Shown here: positions 1 to 10,500 of the stretch, in pieces | Layout: every line of letters begins with the position of its first letter | Position numbering within the stretch: position 1 is the stretch's first letter | Origin: Bacteroidota bacterium | GTDB lineage: Bacteria > Bacteroidota > Bacteroidia > Chitinophagales > LD1 | Assembly: GCA_016722375.1 (NCBI GenBank) | Contig: JADKJG010000005.1 | Location: 130,435-194,434 of the forward strand | Length of the DNA stretch: 64,000 bases | Direction: 5' to 3' | Notes under the pieces: model-generated | Databases searched by the model: none | What the model was told of the DNA's origin: nothing | What the model saw: the letters and a program-made list of their open reading frames with translations, nothing else | Translations under genes and position numbers: made by a program

Positions 1-1
1 T

Positions 2-1161
2 GATGGCATACTTACCAACAAGCCATATTACTTCTCAAAAACCAATAAATCTGGCGAATACCAAATTCGAAATATAAAATGGGGTGATTATCAGATCTAT
101 GCACTCAAAGATCAAAACTTCAATTACATCTATGATCAGCCAAATGAACTAATTGGCTTCCAAGATACGATTCTACACCTCACTGACAGCAGCCATGCCA
201 AAATGAATCTGGTTGCATTTGAAGCCGCTAACAAAAAAGTGGCATTTATTCGTGCTAAGTCAATAAATCCCGGTTTAGTACAATTTGTTTATTCTGCCCC
301 AATCAATTCATTTAATCTAACATATCAAGGCGTACCATCCTCCGACTTCTGGTATTTCAACAACACAAAAGACACTGTAAACTATTGGCTTGCAGACTAT
401 TACAGCAATAATATTACCCTGTTCCCCGTGGCAAATGATAGCCTACTCGACACCGTGAGAATCGAATTGCAAAATATCGCCAAGGATTCAATGTTTCAAA
501 AGAAGACCAATGCGTTAAGCCTTACTGCGCAACAGATTAGGCCCCAAACATCCAAAGAAAGCCTCCGTGAAATAACCATTCAAGAGCTTTATAAGCCGCT
601 TAAAATAAATTTCTCGCGTCCTATATCGAAAATAAACGCCTCTAAAGTCCTTCAGATTTTAGAGGATTCGACTAAAAAAGTAGTCACACCAAACTTCAAA
701 CTCGATGAGCAAAGCAAAACCTTCCTAACCGCCGATTTTCAAAAAAAGGAAAACACCGATTATACTTTACTCATTCCCGATTCTTCCTTTCAGGATATTT
801 ATGGCACATGGAACTATGCAACCACCTATCACTTTCGTACCAACACCAAATCAGAGTATGGAAACATACATCTGACTTTGATGACCACCGGTGCCAATCC
901 AATTATATTTTTCAATTAATAAGAGGAGAACATGAAGTAGTCAAAGAAATTCCCTTTCACAACCTCGAAACAAAAAAAGTAACGCTCGAAAATTATCCGG
1001 CGGGCAGCTATCGTGCGGAAGTATTTGACGACCAAAATGGAAATGGCAAATGGGATACTGGTGATTTCAAAAATAAAATTCAACCCGAAAAAATTTTCAC
1101 TTTCAAAGATACTTACCAATTAAAAGGTGGTTGGGATTTGGATGTAGAAGTAAAGTTTTAA
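2..1161 (+). pseudogene. Ig-like / DUF2141-like secreted protein; 5' end lies outside the window and the frame is split near 880-905 (ORFs 203..919 and 808..1161)
   Basis: Frame 2 is open from nt 2 to the stop at 917-919. Frame 1 continues sensibly from about 895 (NYIFQLIRGEHEVV...) to 1161 and ends in 'DDQNGNGKWDTGDFKNKIQPEKI', a motif typical of DUF2141/Ig-like Bacteroidota surface proteins. The two ORFs overlap at 808-919. Confidence 0.5.
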
Positions 1162-1170
1162 TCTTGCACC

Positions 1171-1692
1171 ATGGCCTTGATTCTTCCGGTAAATGGTGTA
1201 GCGCCTAAATTTGGCAATAATTGTTTTCTAGCTGACAACGCTACGGTGGTCGGCGATGTTGTGATGGGCAACGATTGCAGCGTCTGGTTCACGTCCGTCG
1301 TACGTGGCGATGTTCACTACATAAAAATGGGCAACAAAGTAAACGTGCAAGACGGAGCCATTATTCATGGCACTTACCAAAAATCTCCGACCAACATCGG
1401 GAACAACGTTTCAATCGGGCACCGAGCAATAGTACATGGGTGCACCATTCACGACAACGTGCTTATCGGAATGGGTGCCATCGTGATGGACAATGCCATC
1501 ATCGGCGAAAACTCAATTATCGCAGCCGGTGCTGTAGTACTGGAAAATACCGTCGTAGAACCCGGCACAATATATGCTGGTGTTCCCGCTAAGAAAACAA
1601 AGCTGGTAGATCAGGAAAAATTCAAATGTCTCATTGAGCGTATCAGCAATAACTATGTGATGTATTCGGATTGGTTTAGAAAAAAGAAATAG
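1171..1692 (+). CDS. gamma-carbonic-anhydrase-like hexapeptide-repeat protein (YrdA/PaaY family)
   Basis: 173 aa with left-handed beta-helix hexapeptide repeats (VGDVVMGNDCSVWFTSVVRGDV..., IGHRAIVHGCTIHDNVLIGMGAIV). Confidence 0.85.
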   Translation: MALILPVNGVAPKFGNNCFLADNATVVGDVVMGNDCSVWFTSVVRGDVHYIKMGNKVNVQDGAIIHGTYQKSPTNIGNNVSIGHRAIVHGCTIHDNVLIGMGAIVMDNAIIGENSIIAAGAVVLENTVVEPGTIYAGVPAKKTKLVDQEKFKCLIERISNNYVMYSDWFRKKK

Positions 1693-1702
1693 AAAGAAAA
1701 AC

Positions 1703-2245
1703 ATGGAAGACTTACCAAAGGAAGAAGAGGTAGTACTGGTTGACGACGAGAATAACGTTCTTGGCTATATGGGGAAACTGGAAGCACACAAGACGGGTTT
1801 GCTACATCGCGCCATCAGCGTCATAGTATTTAATCAAAAAGGAGAAATGCTGATACAGCAAAGAGCATTGACCAAATATCACTGGGCAGGAATCTGGAGC
1901 AATGCCTGTTGCAGCCATCCTCGCCAAGGCGAAACCTTTCAGCAGGCTGCTGAACGCAGATTATTTGAAGAGTTAGGATTTAAAACACCACTGAAAGAGG
2001 CCTTCCATTTCATTTATAAGGCTCACGATGCCTCCAGTGGGCTGACCGAACATGAGTTAGACACGGTGTTCATCGGTACATATAATGAGGAGTTCAATTT
2101 CAACAAAGAAGAAATTCATGCCACCAAATGGTTAACTATGAGTGAGTTGAATCACGATATGGAGCAACATCCCGAACAATACTCGTTCTGGTTCAAAATC
2201 ATTTTAAACGAAATGAAAAAGCGCGAATTGGCTCCCTCAAACTGA
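1703..2245 (+). CDS. idi: isopentenyl-diphosphate delta-isomerase, type 1 (Nudix fold)
   Basis: 'GLLHRAISVIVFNQKGEMLIQQRALTKYHWAGIWSNACCSHP' and 'ERRLFEELG' match type-1 IDI signatures. Confidence 0.85.
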   Translation: MEDLPKEEEVVLVDDENNVLGYMGKLEAHKTGLLHRAISVIVFNQKGEMLIQQRALTKYHWAGIWSNACCSHPRQGETFQQAAERRLFEELGFKTPLKEAFHFIYKAHDASSGLTEHELDTVFIGTYNEEFNFNKEEIHATKWLTMSELNHDMEQHPEQYSFWFKIILNEMKKRELAPSN

Positions 2246-2883
2246 TGCTCCCACTTTCAGATGACATAGAAAACTATATCGCCTTCTACTCGGCACATGA
2301 AGATGAAGTTCTTCGCGAACTATCGCGCGAAACTCATCTGAAAATCCAGATGCCTCAAATGCTTTCTGGAAACATACAAGGCCAGTTTCTCGAAATGTTC
2401 AGTAGGCTATTACAACCTAAAAGAATACTGGAAATAGGAACCTTCACCGGTTACTCCGCTATCTGCCTCGCCAAAGGTTTGCATTCAGACGGTTTACTCT
2501 ATACCCTCGACATCAATGAAGAGTTGAAGGCCATGTGTGAAAAATATTTTCACAAAGCCAATCTCCAACACAAGATCACACACCTTATCGGCGATGCAAA
2601 AAAAATCATCCCGCAATTAGATGAAACCTTTGATCTGGTATTTATAGATGCCGACAAAATCAATTATTCCCTATACTACGACCTGGTCTTTGACAAAGTC
2701 CGCACCGGTGGCTACATCATCGCAGACAATGTACTATGGAGTGGCAAGGTCGTTGAACCAAAGAAAGACAAAGATACCGTCGCTATTGATGCCTACAACC
2801 AAAAAGTGGCCGCAGATAGTAGAGTCCATAACTTCATCCTGCCACTGCGCGATGGACTAAATATTGCACGGAAAACAGTTTAA
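2245..2883 (+). CDS. class I SAM-dependent O-methyltransferase (caffeoyl-CoA OMT-like)
   Basis: 'ILEIGTFTGYSAICLA' SAM-binding motif, 'VFIDADKINY', 212 aa. The start overlaps the idi stop (TGATG). Confidence 0.8.
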   Translation: MLPLSDDIENYIAFYSAHEDEVLRELSRETHLKIQMPQMLSGNIQGQFLEMFSRLLQPKRILEIGTFTGYSAICLAKGLHSDGLLYTLDINEELKAMCEKYFHKANLQHKITHLIGDAKKIIPQLDETFDLVFIDADKINYSLYYDLVFDKVRTGGYIIADNVLWSGKVVEPKKDKDTVAIDAYNQKVAADSRVHNFILPLRDGLNIARKTV

Positions 2884-2937
2884 TACACAATATTCAGAGT
2901 ATAAACCCCGTTAAACATAAAAACAGGTCATGTACAT

Positions 2938-4230
2938 TTGTACCTGAGAAAGTCTCTGTTTATGATTAGGTTAATTACACTTTGCGTCTTCATGGGCACC
3001 TTGCTAATTCCCAAAGCCCAGCAAAAACAAAACGTCTTGAATTATGTTGAACGCTATAAAGGCGTCGCTATTCAGGAAATGGTGCGTTGTGGCATTCCGG
3101 CCAGTATCACGCTCGCTCAAGGAATTCATGAATCCAACAGCGGCAATTCTCCATTAGCCTCTAAATCCAACAACCACTTTGGCATCAAGTGTAAAGCCGA
3201 TTGGGAAGGGAAAAAACATTACCATAACGACGATGAACCCGATGAATGTTTCCGCGTCTATGAACATCCTGAGGCCTCCTATGCCGACCACTCTGACTTT
3301 CTTGTTACCCGGTCGCGCTATGCCGATTTATTCAAATTGCAAATCAACGATTATAAAGGCTGGGCAAATGGACTAAAAGCCGCTGGCTATGCCACCAATC
3401 CAAAATACGCGCCTATACTCATTCAACTGATTGAAACCTACCACCTCGACCAGTTTGACCGCGAAGGAATTCTTGCGCTCAAGAACAAAAACAAAAAAAC
3501 AAGTTATCCCGCACCGGTTGAGCCCGTGCAAGCGCTCGCCAAAAAAGAAACCCCGAAACCAACCGAACAAGCGGTGACAAAAGATACAGTCCAGATTCGA
3601 TTTTTGGGTGCAGTAGAAAATGAACAACCGCCAACACCCACCGAAAACTCAAGAACAGAATATACCGTAAACGGTTTGCGCGCATTGATTGCCCACCGCG
3701 ATGAAGACCCCTTGACGATTGCTTGGAACTATGATCTGTACTATCAACAAGTAGTGCAATTCAACGACCTGACACCGGATGAAAAATTCAAGGAAGGTGA
3801 GTTTATATTCCTCCAATCAAAGAAATCTAAAGGAGCAGAAAAAAACTATACGCTAAAAAACGGTGAGAGTATGCGAGATGTATCACAGAAGTTTGGCATC
3901 CGGTTAAGAGATTTGTATGCCAAGAACTTGATGAAAGCCTATGACCAGATTCCCGCCGGCGAAACCGTACAACTGCAAGAAAAGAGGAAGGCATCGCCAA
4001 GAACCATTTCTTATGCACAGTTTCTTAAATCACTGCATACCCAAGAAGCAACTACCACTACCTCCAACCCAAGTCCCTACAATACAAACTCCCAATATCA
4101 GGTGCAGTCTTCAGACACTCTATATTCGATAGCCCGTAAGTTCAACTTGTCGGTAGAGCAGTTAAAAGCTCTTAATAAACTAGACAACACGAACATTCGT
4201 GAGGGACAAACGCTGGTAGTTGCCCAATAA
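2938..4230 (+). CDS. peptidoglycan hydrolase: N-terminal glucosaminidase domain plus C-terminal LysM repeats
   Basis: 'ITLAQGIHESNSGNSPLASKSNNHFGIK' matches the glucosaminidase motif. Two LysM-like segments are present (YTLKNGESMRDVSQKFG..., YQVQSSDTLYSIARKFNLSVEQLKALN). A signal peptide is present. The start is more likely the ATG at 2962. Confidence 0.8.
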   Translation: MYLRKSLFMIRLITLCVFMGTLLIPKAQQKQNVLNYVERYKGVAIQEMVRCGIPASITLAQGIHESNSGNSPLASKSNNHFGIKCKADWEGKKHYHNDDEPDECFRVYEHPEASYADHSDFLVTRSRYADLFKLQINDYKGWANGLKAAGYATNPKYAPILIQLIETYHLDQFDREGILALKNKNKKTSYPAPVEPVQALAKKETPKPTEQAVTKDTVQIRFLGAVENEQPPTPTENSRTEYTVNGLRALIAHRDEDPLTIAWNYDLYYQQVVQFNDLTPDEKFKEGEFIFLQSKKSKGAEKNYTLKNGESMRDVSQKFGIRLRDLYAKNLMKAYDQIPAGETVQLQEKRKASPRTISYAQFLKSLHTQEATTTTSNPSPYNTNSQYQVQSSDTLYSIARKFNLSVEQLKALNKLDNTNIREGQTLVVAQ

Positions 4231-4286
4231 ATAGAGAACTTAGCGTAATGCTATTTTCGTTTGCATACTATTAGGTCAACTAATTC

Positions 4287-4949
4287 ATGAAAAATCTATT
4301 TCCAACCTTTATTTTCGCACTGATCTTTAGCATATACTCCTGCGCACAGCAAAAACAGGAACCGGTGCCAACTATTCAACCAAACAAAACAACGATGAGT
4401 GAACAAGCAAAATTAGATACCGTAACGCTGGGTGGCGGTTGTTTCTGGTGTACCGAAGCCATCTATCAGCGCTTGAATGGAGTGGTTTCTGTAGCATCGG
4501 GCTATTCAGGCGGACAAATTGCTAACCCAACCTATAAAGAAGTTTGTTCGGGGCTGACCGGCCATGCTGAATGTACGCAAATCACTTTTGATGCCAATGT
4601 GGTACCCCTGGCCCAAGTGCTGGAAGTATTTTTCAAAACACATGACCCCACCACCGTGGACCGCCAAGGAAATGATGTGGGTACTCAATATCGTTCTGTC
4701 ATTTTCTATAAAAACGAAGAACAAAAAAAAGTAGCCGAGGACATCAAAAACGGGCTGGATAAAAGTGGAGCTTTCTCCAAACCAATCGTTACCGAGATTG
4801 TGCCACTCACCACGTTCTACAAAGCCGAAGACTATCACCAAAACTACTACAACGAGAATAAAAGCTCCAACTCTTATTGCTCTATTGTCATTGTACCCAA
4901 AATTGAAAAGTTTGAGAAGTACTTTAAAGATAAGCTGAAGAAGGAGTAA
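4287..4949 (+). CDS. msrA: peptide-methionine (S)-S-oxide reductase, exported/lipoprotein form
   Basis: 'GGGCFWCTEAIY' MsrA active-site motif, 'GHAECTQITFD', and an N-terminal signal with 'YSC'. Confidence 0.9.
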   Translation: MKNLFPTFIFALIFSIYSCAQQKQEPVPTIQPNKTTMSEQAKLDTVTLGGGCFWCTEAIYQRLNGVVSVASGYSGGQIANPTYKEVCSGLTGHAECTQITFDANVVPLAQVLEVFFKTHDPTTVDRQGNDVGTQYRSVIFYKNEEQKKVAEDIKNGLDKSGAFSKPIVTEIVPLTTFYKAEDYHQNYYNENKSSNSYCSIVIVPKIEKFEKYFKDKLKKE

Positions 4950-5091
4950 TTAGTGTCCAGTTGCTGATTGTTAGACCTAAATGTTCGACAAACATATTTA
5001 TAGCCGATGCCCCGTTTATCAATACTAATGCCTCGTATCTAATCACTGTTTTCTATATTCTCTTATTTTTCATCTTTGGCACCAAATATAT

Positions 5092-5634
5092 ATGGAGAAG
5101 CTAGTCAAGCTGGGCGATAAAACTTTCAGGCTATACAAGAGTGAAAGCGAAATATTCGCTGCTATTCGAAATATTGCTTCTCAGATCAACGACGATTATA
5201 TCGGCAAAAGACCGGTATTGATTCCCGTCCTCAACGGCTCTTTTATGTTTGCGGCAGACCTGTTGCGCGAACTGAGATTAGACTGCGAACTTTCCTTTAT
5301 CAAAGTAGCTTCCTATAAAGGCATGCAGTCCAATAGCGATGCCTCTACCCTCATCGGGCTTAATAAAAACCTGGAAGGTCGCCACGTAATTATCATAGAA
5401 GATATTGTAGATACCGGCCACACCCTCGCCCACATTGTCCCTACGCTTCTGGCACAAAATCCCGCTTCGCTCAAAGTCGCTTCGCTGCTCATCAAACCCT
5501 TTGATCTGAAAGCCAGCGTCAACATTGATTACGTAGGCATGGAAATTCCCAACGAATTCATCGTAGGCTACGGATTAGACTATGATGGGCTGGGAAGAAA
5601 CCTACGCGACATTTATCAGGTAGTCATTGAGTGA
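5092..5634 (+). CDS. hpt: hypoxanthine phosphoribosyltransferase
   Basis: PRPP-binding motif 'VIIIEDIVDTGHTL' and C-terminal 'VGYGLDYDGLGRNL'. Confidence 0.85.
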   Translation: MEKLVKLGDKTFRLYKSESEIFAAIRNIASQINDDYIGKRPVLIPVLNGSFMFAADLLRELRLDCELSFIKVASYKGMQSNSDASTLIGLNKNLEGRHVIIIEDIVDTGHTLAHIVPTLLAQNPASLKVASLLIKPFDLKASVNIDYVGMEIPNEFIVGYGLDYDGLGRNLRDIYQVVIE

Positions 5635-5652
5635 TTATTACCGGTTCCGGTT

Positions 5653-6879
5653 ATGAGACAAATCGTCGTCATAGGAGGCGGAGCAGCAGGGTTTTTTGCC
5701 GCCCTAGCAAGTGCCGAAAACAATCCTGATGCACAAGTCACCATTCTTGAAAAATCTTCCACACTTCTATCTAAAGTAAAAATCAGCGGCGGCGGGCGGT
5801 GCAACGTCACTCATGCCTGCTTTGATGCCAAAGAGTTAATCAAAAATTATCCCAGAGGAGAGAAGCAATTGCTCGGACCTTTCACCCGGTTCAATCCTTC
5901 GCACACCGTTGATTGGTTTGAAGCCAAAGGCGTGAAACTGAAACGCGAAGCAGATGGAAGAATGTTTCCGGCCACCGATTCATCACAAACCATCATAGAT
6001 TGTTTCCTCCAAGAAGCCAAACGCCTCGGAGTAGCGATCAAGATGCAAACCGGAGTAGAAACTATCAAGCCCGACGATGCAAAGTTTCATTTAGTCACCA
6101 ACAAAAATACACCCATCATCGCCGATGCGGTCATTATCACCACCGGTTCCGGTTCATCTATGTGGAGCCTCTTGTCCGGTCTCGGCCATACCATCGTGCC
6201 ACCGGTTCCCTCGCTCTTCACCTTTAACATAAACGACCAGCGCATCAAAGGTCTGGAAGGTCTATCTGTGCCCCACGCTACGGTCTCCGTCGTTCCACCT
6301 GCGACTCATAAAGCACCCTATTCAAAATTATCTTCCACCGGCCCTTTGCTCATCACCCACTGGGGAATGAGCGGCCCGGCCATCCTGCGTTTGTCTGCCT
6401 GGGGTGCGCGGATCTTATCAGACTCCAAACACCAATTTGAAATAGAAATAAACTGGACCGGCGAACCTTCTATCAACGAGCTGCGCGAAACCATCAAGCA
6501 GTTCAAACAATCACACCCAAAAAAGGTCGTTTCGATCAACCCTCTTCTCCCACTACCCAAAAGGCTCTGGGAGCGGCTCTCAAGCACTATCTGCCAAACG
6601 TCCACCAACTACGCCGACCTCTCCAACAAACAGATTGAGGGCCTCGCCACAGCGCTTGCCGCCTCCCGCTTCCACGTGCTCGGCAAATCCACCTTCAAAG
6701 ATGAGTTTGTAACAGCCGGTGGAGTCAGTCTAGATGAAGTGGACTTTAAAACCATGCAGAGCAAAATTATCCCCGGACTATATTTTGCCGGCGAAGTATT
6801 AGACATGGATGCCATCACGGGAGGCTTCAATTTTCAGGCAGCCTGGACTACCGGCTGGGTTGCGGGGAACGCCATCTAA
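5653..6879 (+). CDS. NAD(P)/FAD-dependent oxidoreductase, HI0933/BaiN family
   Basis: 'VVIGGGAAGFFAA' dinucleotide fold, 'ISGGGRCNVTH', and C-terminal 'LYFAGEVLDMDAITGGFNFQAAW'. Confidence 0.8.
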   Translation: MRQIVVIGGGAAGFFAALASAENNPDAQVTILEKSSTLLSKVKISGGGRCNVTHACFDAKELIKNYPRGEKQLLGPFTRFNPSHTVDWFEAKGVKLKREADGRMFPATDSSQTIIDCFLQEAKRLGVAIKMQTGVETIKPDDAKFHLVTNKNTPIIADAVIITTGSGSSMWSLLSGLGHTIVPPVPSLFTFNINDQRIKGLEGLSVPHATVSVVPPATHKAPYSKLSSTGPLLITHWGMSGPAILRLSAWGARILSDSKHQFEIEINWTGEPSINELRETIKQFKQSHPKKVVSINPLLPLPKRLWERLSSTICQTSTNYADLSNKQIEGLATALAASRFHVLGKSTFKDEFVTAGGVSLDEVDFKTMQSKIIPGLYFAGEVLDMDAITGGFNFQAAWTTGWVAGNAI

Positions 6880-6948
6880 GTCATTCCTTCCCGGAGCGCT
6901 CTACCATTTTACCGAAACATTCTTCCCTGTTTTCGTCACGAGTTTAGG

Positions 6949-7157
6949 TATTTCTGTCACAGACTTACCTATTTCCGTGGCGGACTTCCCTATTTCTGCG
7001 GCGGACTTACCTCATTCTGCGGCGAACTTCCCTAATTTCGTGGCGACTTGTCCTCATTCCCTCACGGACTTACCTCATTCTGTCACAGACTTACCTCATT
7101 CTGTCGCGGACTTCCCTCATTCTGTCACAAACTTGCCTCATTCTGTGACAGAATGAG
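6949..7157. repeat. degenerate tandem array of 10 units of exactly 21 bp (consensus tcattctgtcacagacttacc)
   Basis: Units start at 6949, 6970, 6991, 7012, 7033, 7054, 7075, 7096, 7117 and 7138, read directly from the sequence. Confidence 0.9.
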
Positions 7158-7170
7158 TCTGGATTTTTTT
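7137..7170 (+). terminator. hairpin plus T-run at the end of the 21-bp array (intrinsic-terminator-like)
   Basis: ctcattctg-tga-cagaatgag forms a perfect 9-bp stem (7137-7157). A T7 run follows at 7164-7170. Confidence 0.4.
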
Positions 7171-7556
7171 GAAAACAGGCTATAAAATTGTTAATTCGCA
7201 GAAAAGCGTCCAGTTTTTATTCCAAAGTGGGATTTATGATAATGTCTGAATTGTTAAAGCAGTTTATTGTTTTCTTTCATGCTTTAGCTTGTATAAATAT
7301 ACTAGAAATATGTATTTGTATATACTATTTGGTATAACACGTAAAGTAATTGGAAAAAGGCTTGGCAATTATTAACAGATTGTATAGCTTTGACCAATCA
7401 ATTATGGAAAGATACCCGGCAGCAAGAATGAGATGTAACTGGTGATTTAGATTCTTCCTTGGAGGAAGAACATAGGGTGTGAAGGCTGAAGAGTTAGCAT
7501 TGGCGTTGAATAAAGTATAGATTCTTTTATCAATAAACTCACACAAACCTAATCCC

Positions 7557-10500
7557 ATGAAAAAATCTCTCCCGTTCCTTGTATGCCTACTCCTCATCCT
7601 TTTCGGAAAAACATTTCTCAGCGCTCAAGATGTAAAATGGGCCATTCGCGTCGGTGGTTCCGGCACGGAGATAGGTTTTAACATTGCGGTGGATAGTAGC
7701 AAGCGCACCTATGCTGCGCAGCAAATCATTAGCGGCACGAGCGTCAATTTCAACGGTAGTTGTACCATAACGGGAGGGTCTAACAGTTATGATGTGTCCT
7801 TTGTCAGATTAGATACTGTCGGTGCCTGTATCTCTTCAAAATATATCATCACTCAAAACGATAACGTGATGGGTTTAAGGCTGGACAGCCTCAATAATAT
7901 CTATATCGTAGGCAACCGGTCAGGAACCAATTCTCTTTGCACCTCACAGGCCACCTCCGGTCAGGACCTCTTGCTGGCCAAATTAAGCTCAACCGGTACC
8001 TGCACCTGGGGAAAAAAGATAGGTGGATCGAGTGGTGATTACGGATACCGGCTGAGCTTAGACCGCGATGGCAACATCTACATCACAGGCAGCTTTGCCG
8101 GAACCGTTTCTTTCGACGGAATATCTCTGGTATCGGGCGGCAGCAATGATGGCTTCATCGCCAAATTCAATAACAGCGGCACCATTCAGTGGGCAAAAAA
8201 ATTTGGTAGCACCGGTGACGACTTTGGGTATGGAATTTCTAATGTGGTGAACGGTAATTTCTATGTCTGCGGACGCGTTCAGAACACCGGCACCTTTGGA
8301 ACTTTATCTGCTGTCAGTAAGGGAGGATACGACGCTTTTATCGCAAAAGTAGATGCCTCTAATGGAAGTTTCGTTTGGCTGCGTACCGCCGGAGTATCCG
8401 GCGCGGCCAATGAAAATGGCATACAGGTAGTGATGGATCCATCCGGAAATGCACTTTATACGGTGCTGGTCAGCGGGGGAGCTATTTTCGGAACCGACAC
8501 GATACCCTATCGCTGTGAAGCCGTAGTCATGTATAATTCCGATGGAGATATACAGTGGACCCGACCTATGGGATCCGCTGCCGGTTATATCGGACCCAGC
8601 GTAGCCATACATGATTCCACCATTTATTTTGCAGGGGCTCTTGGTGCCACTACCTATATCGGTCCCTTTACGGCCACCACCGCAGGGGGCGCGGATATAC
8701 TTCTGGCGGCGCTGGACTATTCCGGCAAGCCACTCTGGGTAAAAACTTATGGGAGCACCGCCTCCGATTATGCTATGGAAATAGCCTGTGATCAGGAGGG
8801 TGACTTATATGTCACCGGTGTTTTCAGTGGTACCGTGAACTTTGGCGGCATCAGTCGTACCTCGTCGGGTTCTAATGACGTATATTACTTCAAAGCCACT
8901 CCACCGCTTCTGATCACCAAGGTGGCCGAAGGTAAAAACATGGTGTGCGGCACCGGAGCATTTGACGTAGCATACCGGACAGGAACTATATTCGACACCA
9001 CCAATGTATTTACCGTGGAGTTATCTGATACAGCAGGGAATTTCAGCCAACCGGTTCCGGTAGGCACGCTTAATGCTACTACCTCCGGAACCATCACAGC
9101 CACCATTCCTGATACCATTCCGGCAGGCAGCAGCTACAGATTACGAATCACCTCTTCTAACCCCGCCACTACGGGTGCCGAATACGCCACTAATTTCAGA
9201 CTATCCCCAATCCCATCCACCCCCACTCCGCCCACCCCACAAACCTCTTGCAGCGACACTACCGTGCTGTTTGTGTTTGACAGCATCCTAGCCGGTAGCG
9301 GAGGCCATCAAATTGAATGGGCATTGAGTAGTTTGTTCGACACCACCGAAATCATTGAAAGCAATGGCAGCATTAATCTCTTGGTGGAATCTGGTGCTAT
9401 GGATACGCTCTGGATGAGGAGCAGGGATAGTATAACTGGTTGTGTGAGTGGGATTGTTTGGACGACGGGGAGGGTGAATGCTGTCCCTGACCAACCAACT
9501 ACATCGGAGTTACTAACTTCTCTTGAAGACACAGTTGCAATCTTTTCATTTGACACAGTTGAGGCCGGTAGTGGCGGTGATAAAATCGAATGGAGTTTAA
9601 TAAGCGACTACAGTAGTTCAACAACTGAAACATCGCCAGCCACCCTTGCGATTGACGTAAACTCCGGCGGGAACAAAACCATTTATATCCGGACAGATAA
9701 TGAAATCACCGGCTGTAATAGCGAAAGCATAATGTTCATAGTAATGAATGGAGTACAATACGGCAATGACAGTTCCACTAATGCACCACCAACTTTCTTT
9801 TCGGTAAAAAGCCAAATGGAGGCATACATGGAAGCCAATCCTGTGGAAGAACCTGAGGAAGACGGCCCTGAGAATAATTATTTAAAATGGAAATGGTTTT
9901 GGGAGCCTAGGCATAATCCTCAAAACGGAAGGCTAGATGCTGCTGCTGCTGCTCTGATCGCTTACGGATCAAACCCGGGAAATTATTGTGATACTTCGTC
10001 GGCTTTTCCTTCAAATTGGCAATCGATGGGGCCGTCTGATGACGCGGAGCATAGAGGGCGGGTTAATCAGATTTGGATTGAGCCTGGTGATAGTAGCCAC
10101 TTAATCGTAGGCACTACTGGTGGTGTTTGGGAATTGAACGGTAATACATGGACATGCATGACGGACAACGGTGGAATACCTTCCACCGCTATTTCGGCTT
10201 TAGCCGTTAATCCTACTTCCGGTAATCAGGGAGATATAAGAGTGGGGCTTGGTTCTGCATCGCAAAGTAATGATGATCATCATCAATGGACCCACGGATA
10301 TGGATTAGGTGTAGCCATTAGGGATAAGACTTCTCATGAATGGTCAATAGATGAAGGTTTTAGAAACCATTACTATGCAATGGACTCAAATTGGTTGCCG
10401 ATAGTTAGCTCAGCCGTTTTTAAACCAGGCTCCCAAGATTTTTATGTAAGCGCAGGAAGGTATATTTTTAGAAAACTTGCAGGCCAGTCTAATTATGAAA

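Noticed and set aside
6809-7156. ORF-track 'proteins' made of heptad repeats across the arrays (6809..7156 +, 41459..41698 -, 53207..53431 +)
   Set aside because: They are the automatic consequence of a 21-bp (7-codon) repeat lacking stops in one frame. 6809..7156 overlaps the 3' end of the flavoprotein gene, none has a convincing start context, and array 3's frame is broken by a TAA. They are kept as an alternative hypothesis in the findings but not called as CDS.
6949-7157. The three phased repeat arrays (also 41422-41652 and 53103-53417) as CRISPR arrays
   Set aside because: The units are contiguous with no unique spacers between them. At 21 bp they are shorter than CRISPR repeats, they are highly degenerate, and no cas genes are present in the window.
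7325-7597. 90-aa minus-strand ORF in the promoter region of the giant gene
   Set aside because: It lies in AT-rich intergenic DNA, overlaps the start of the 7557 gene on the opposite strand, and has no motifs or start context.
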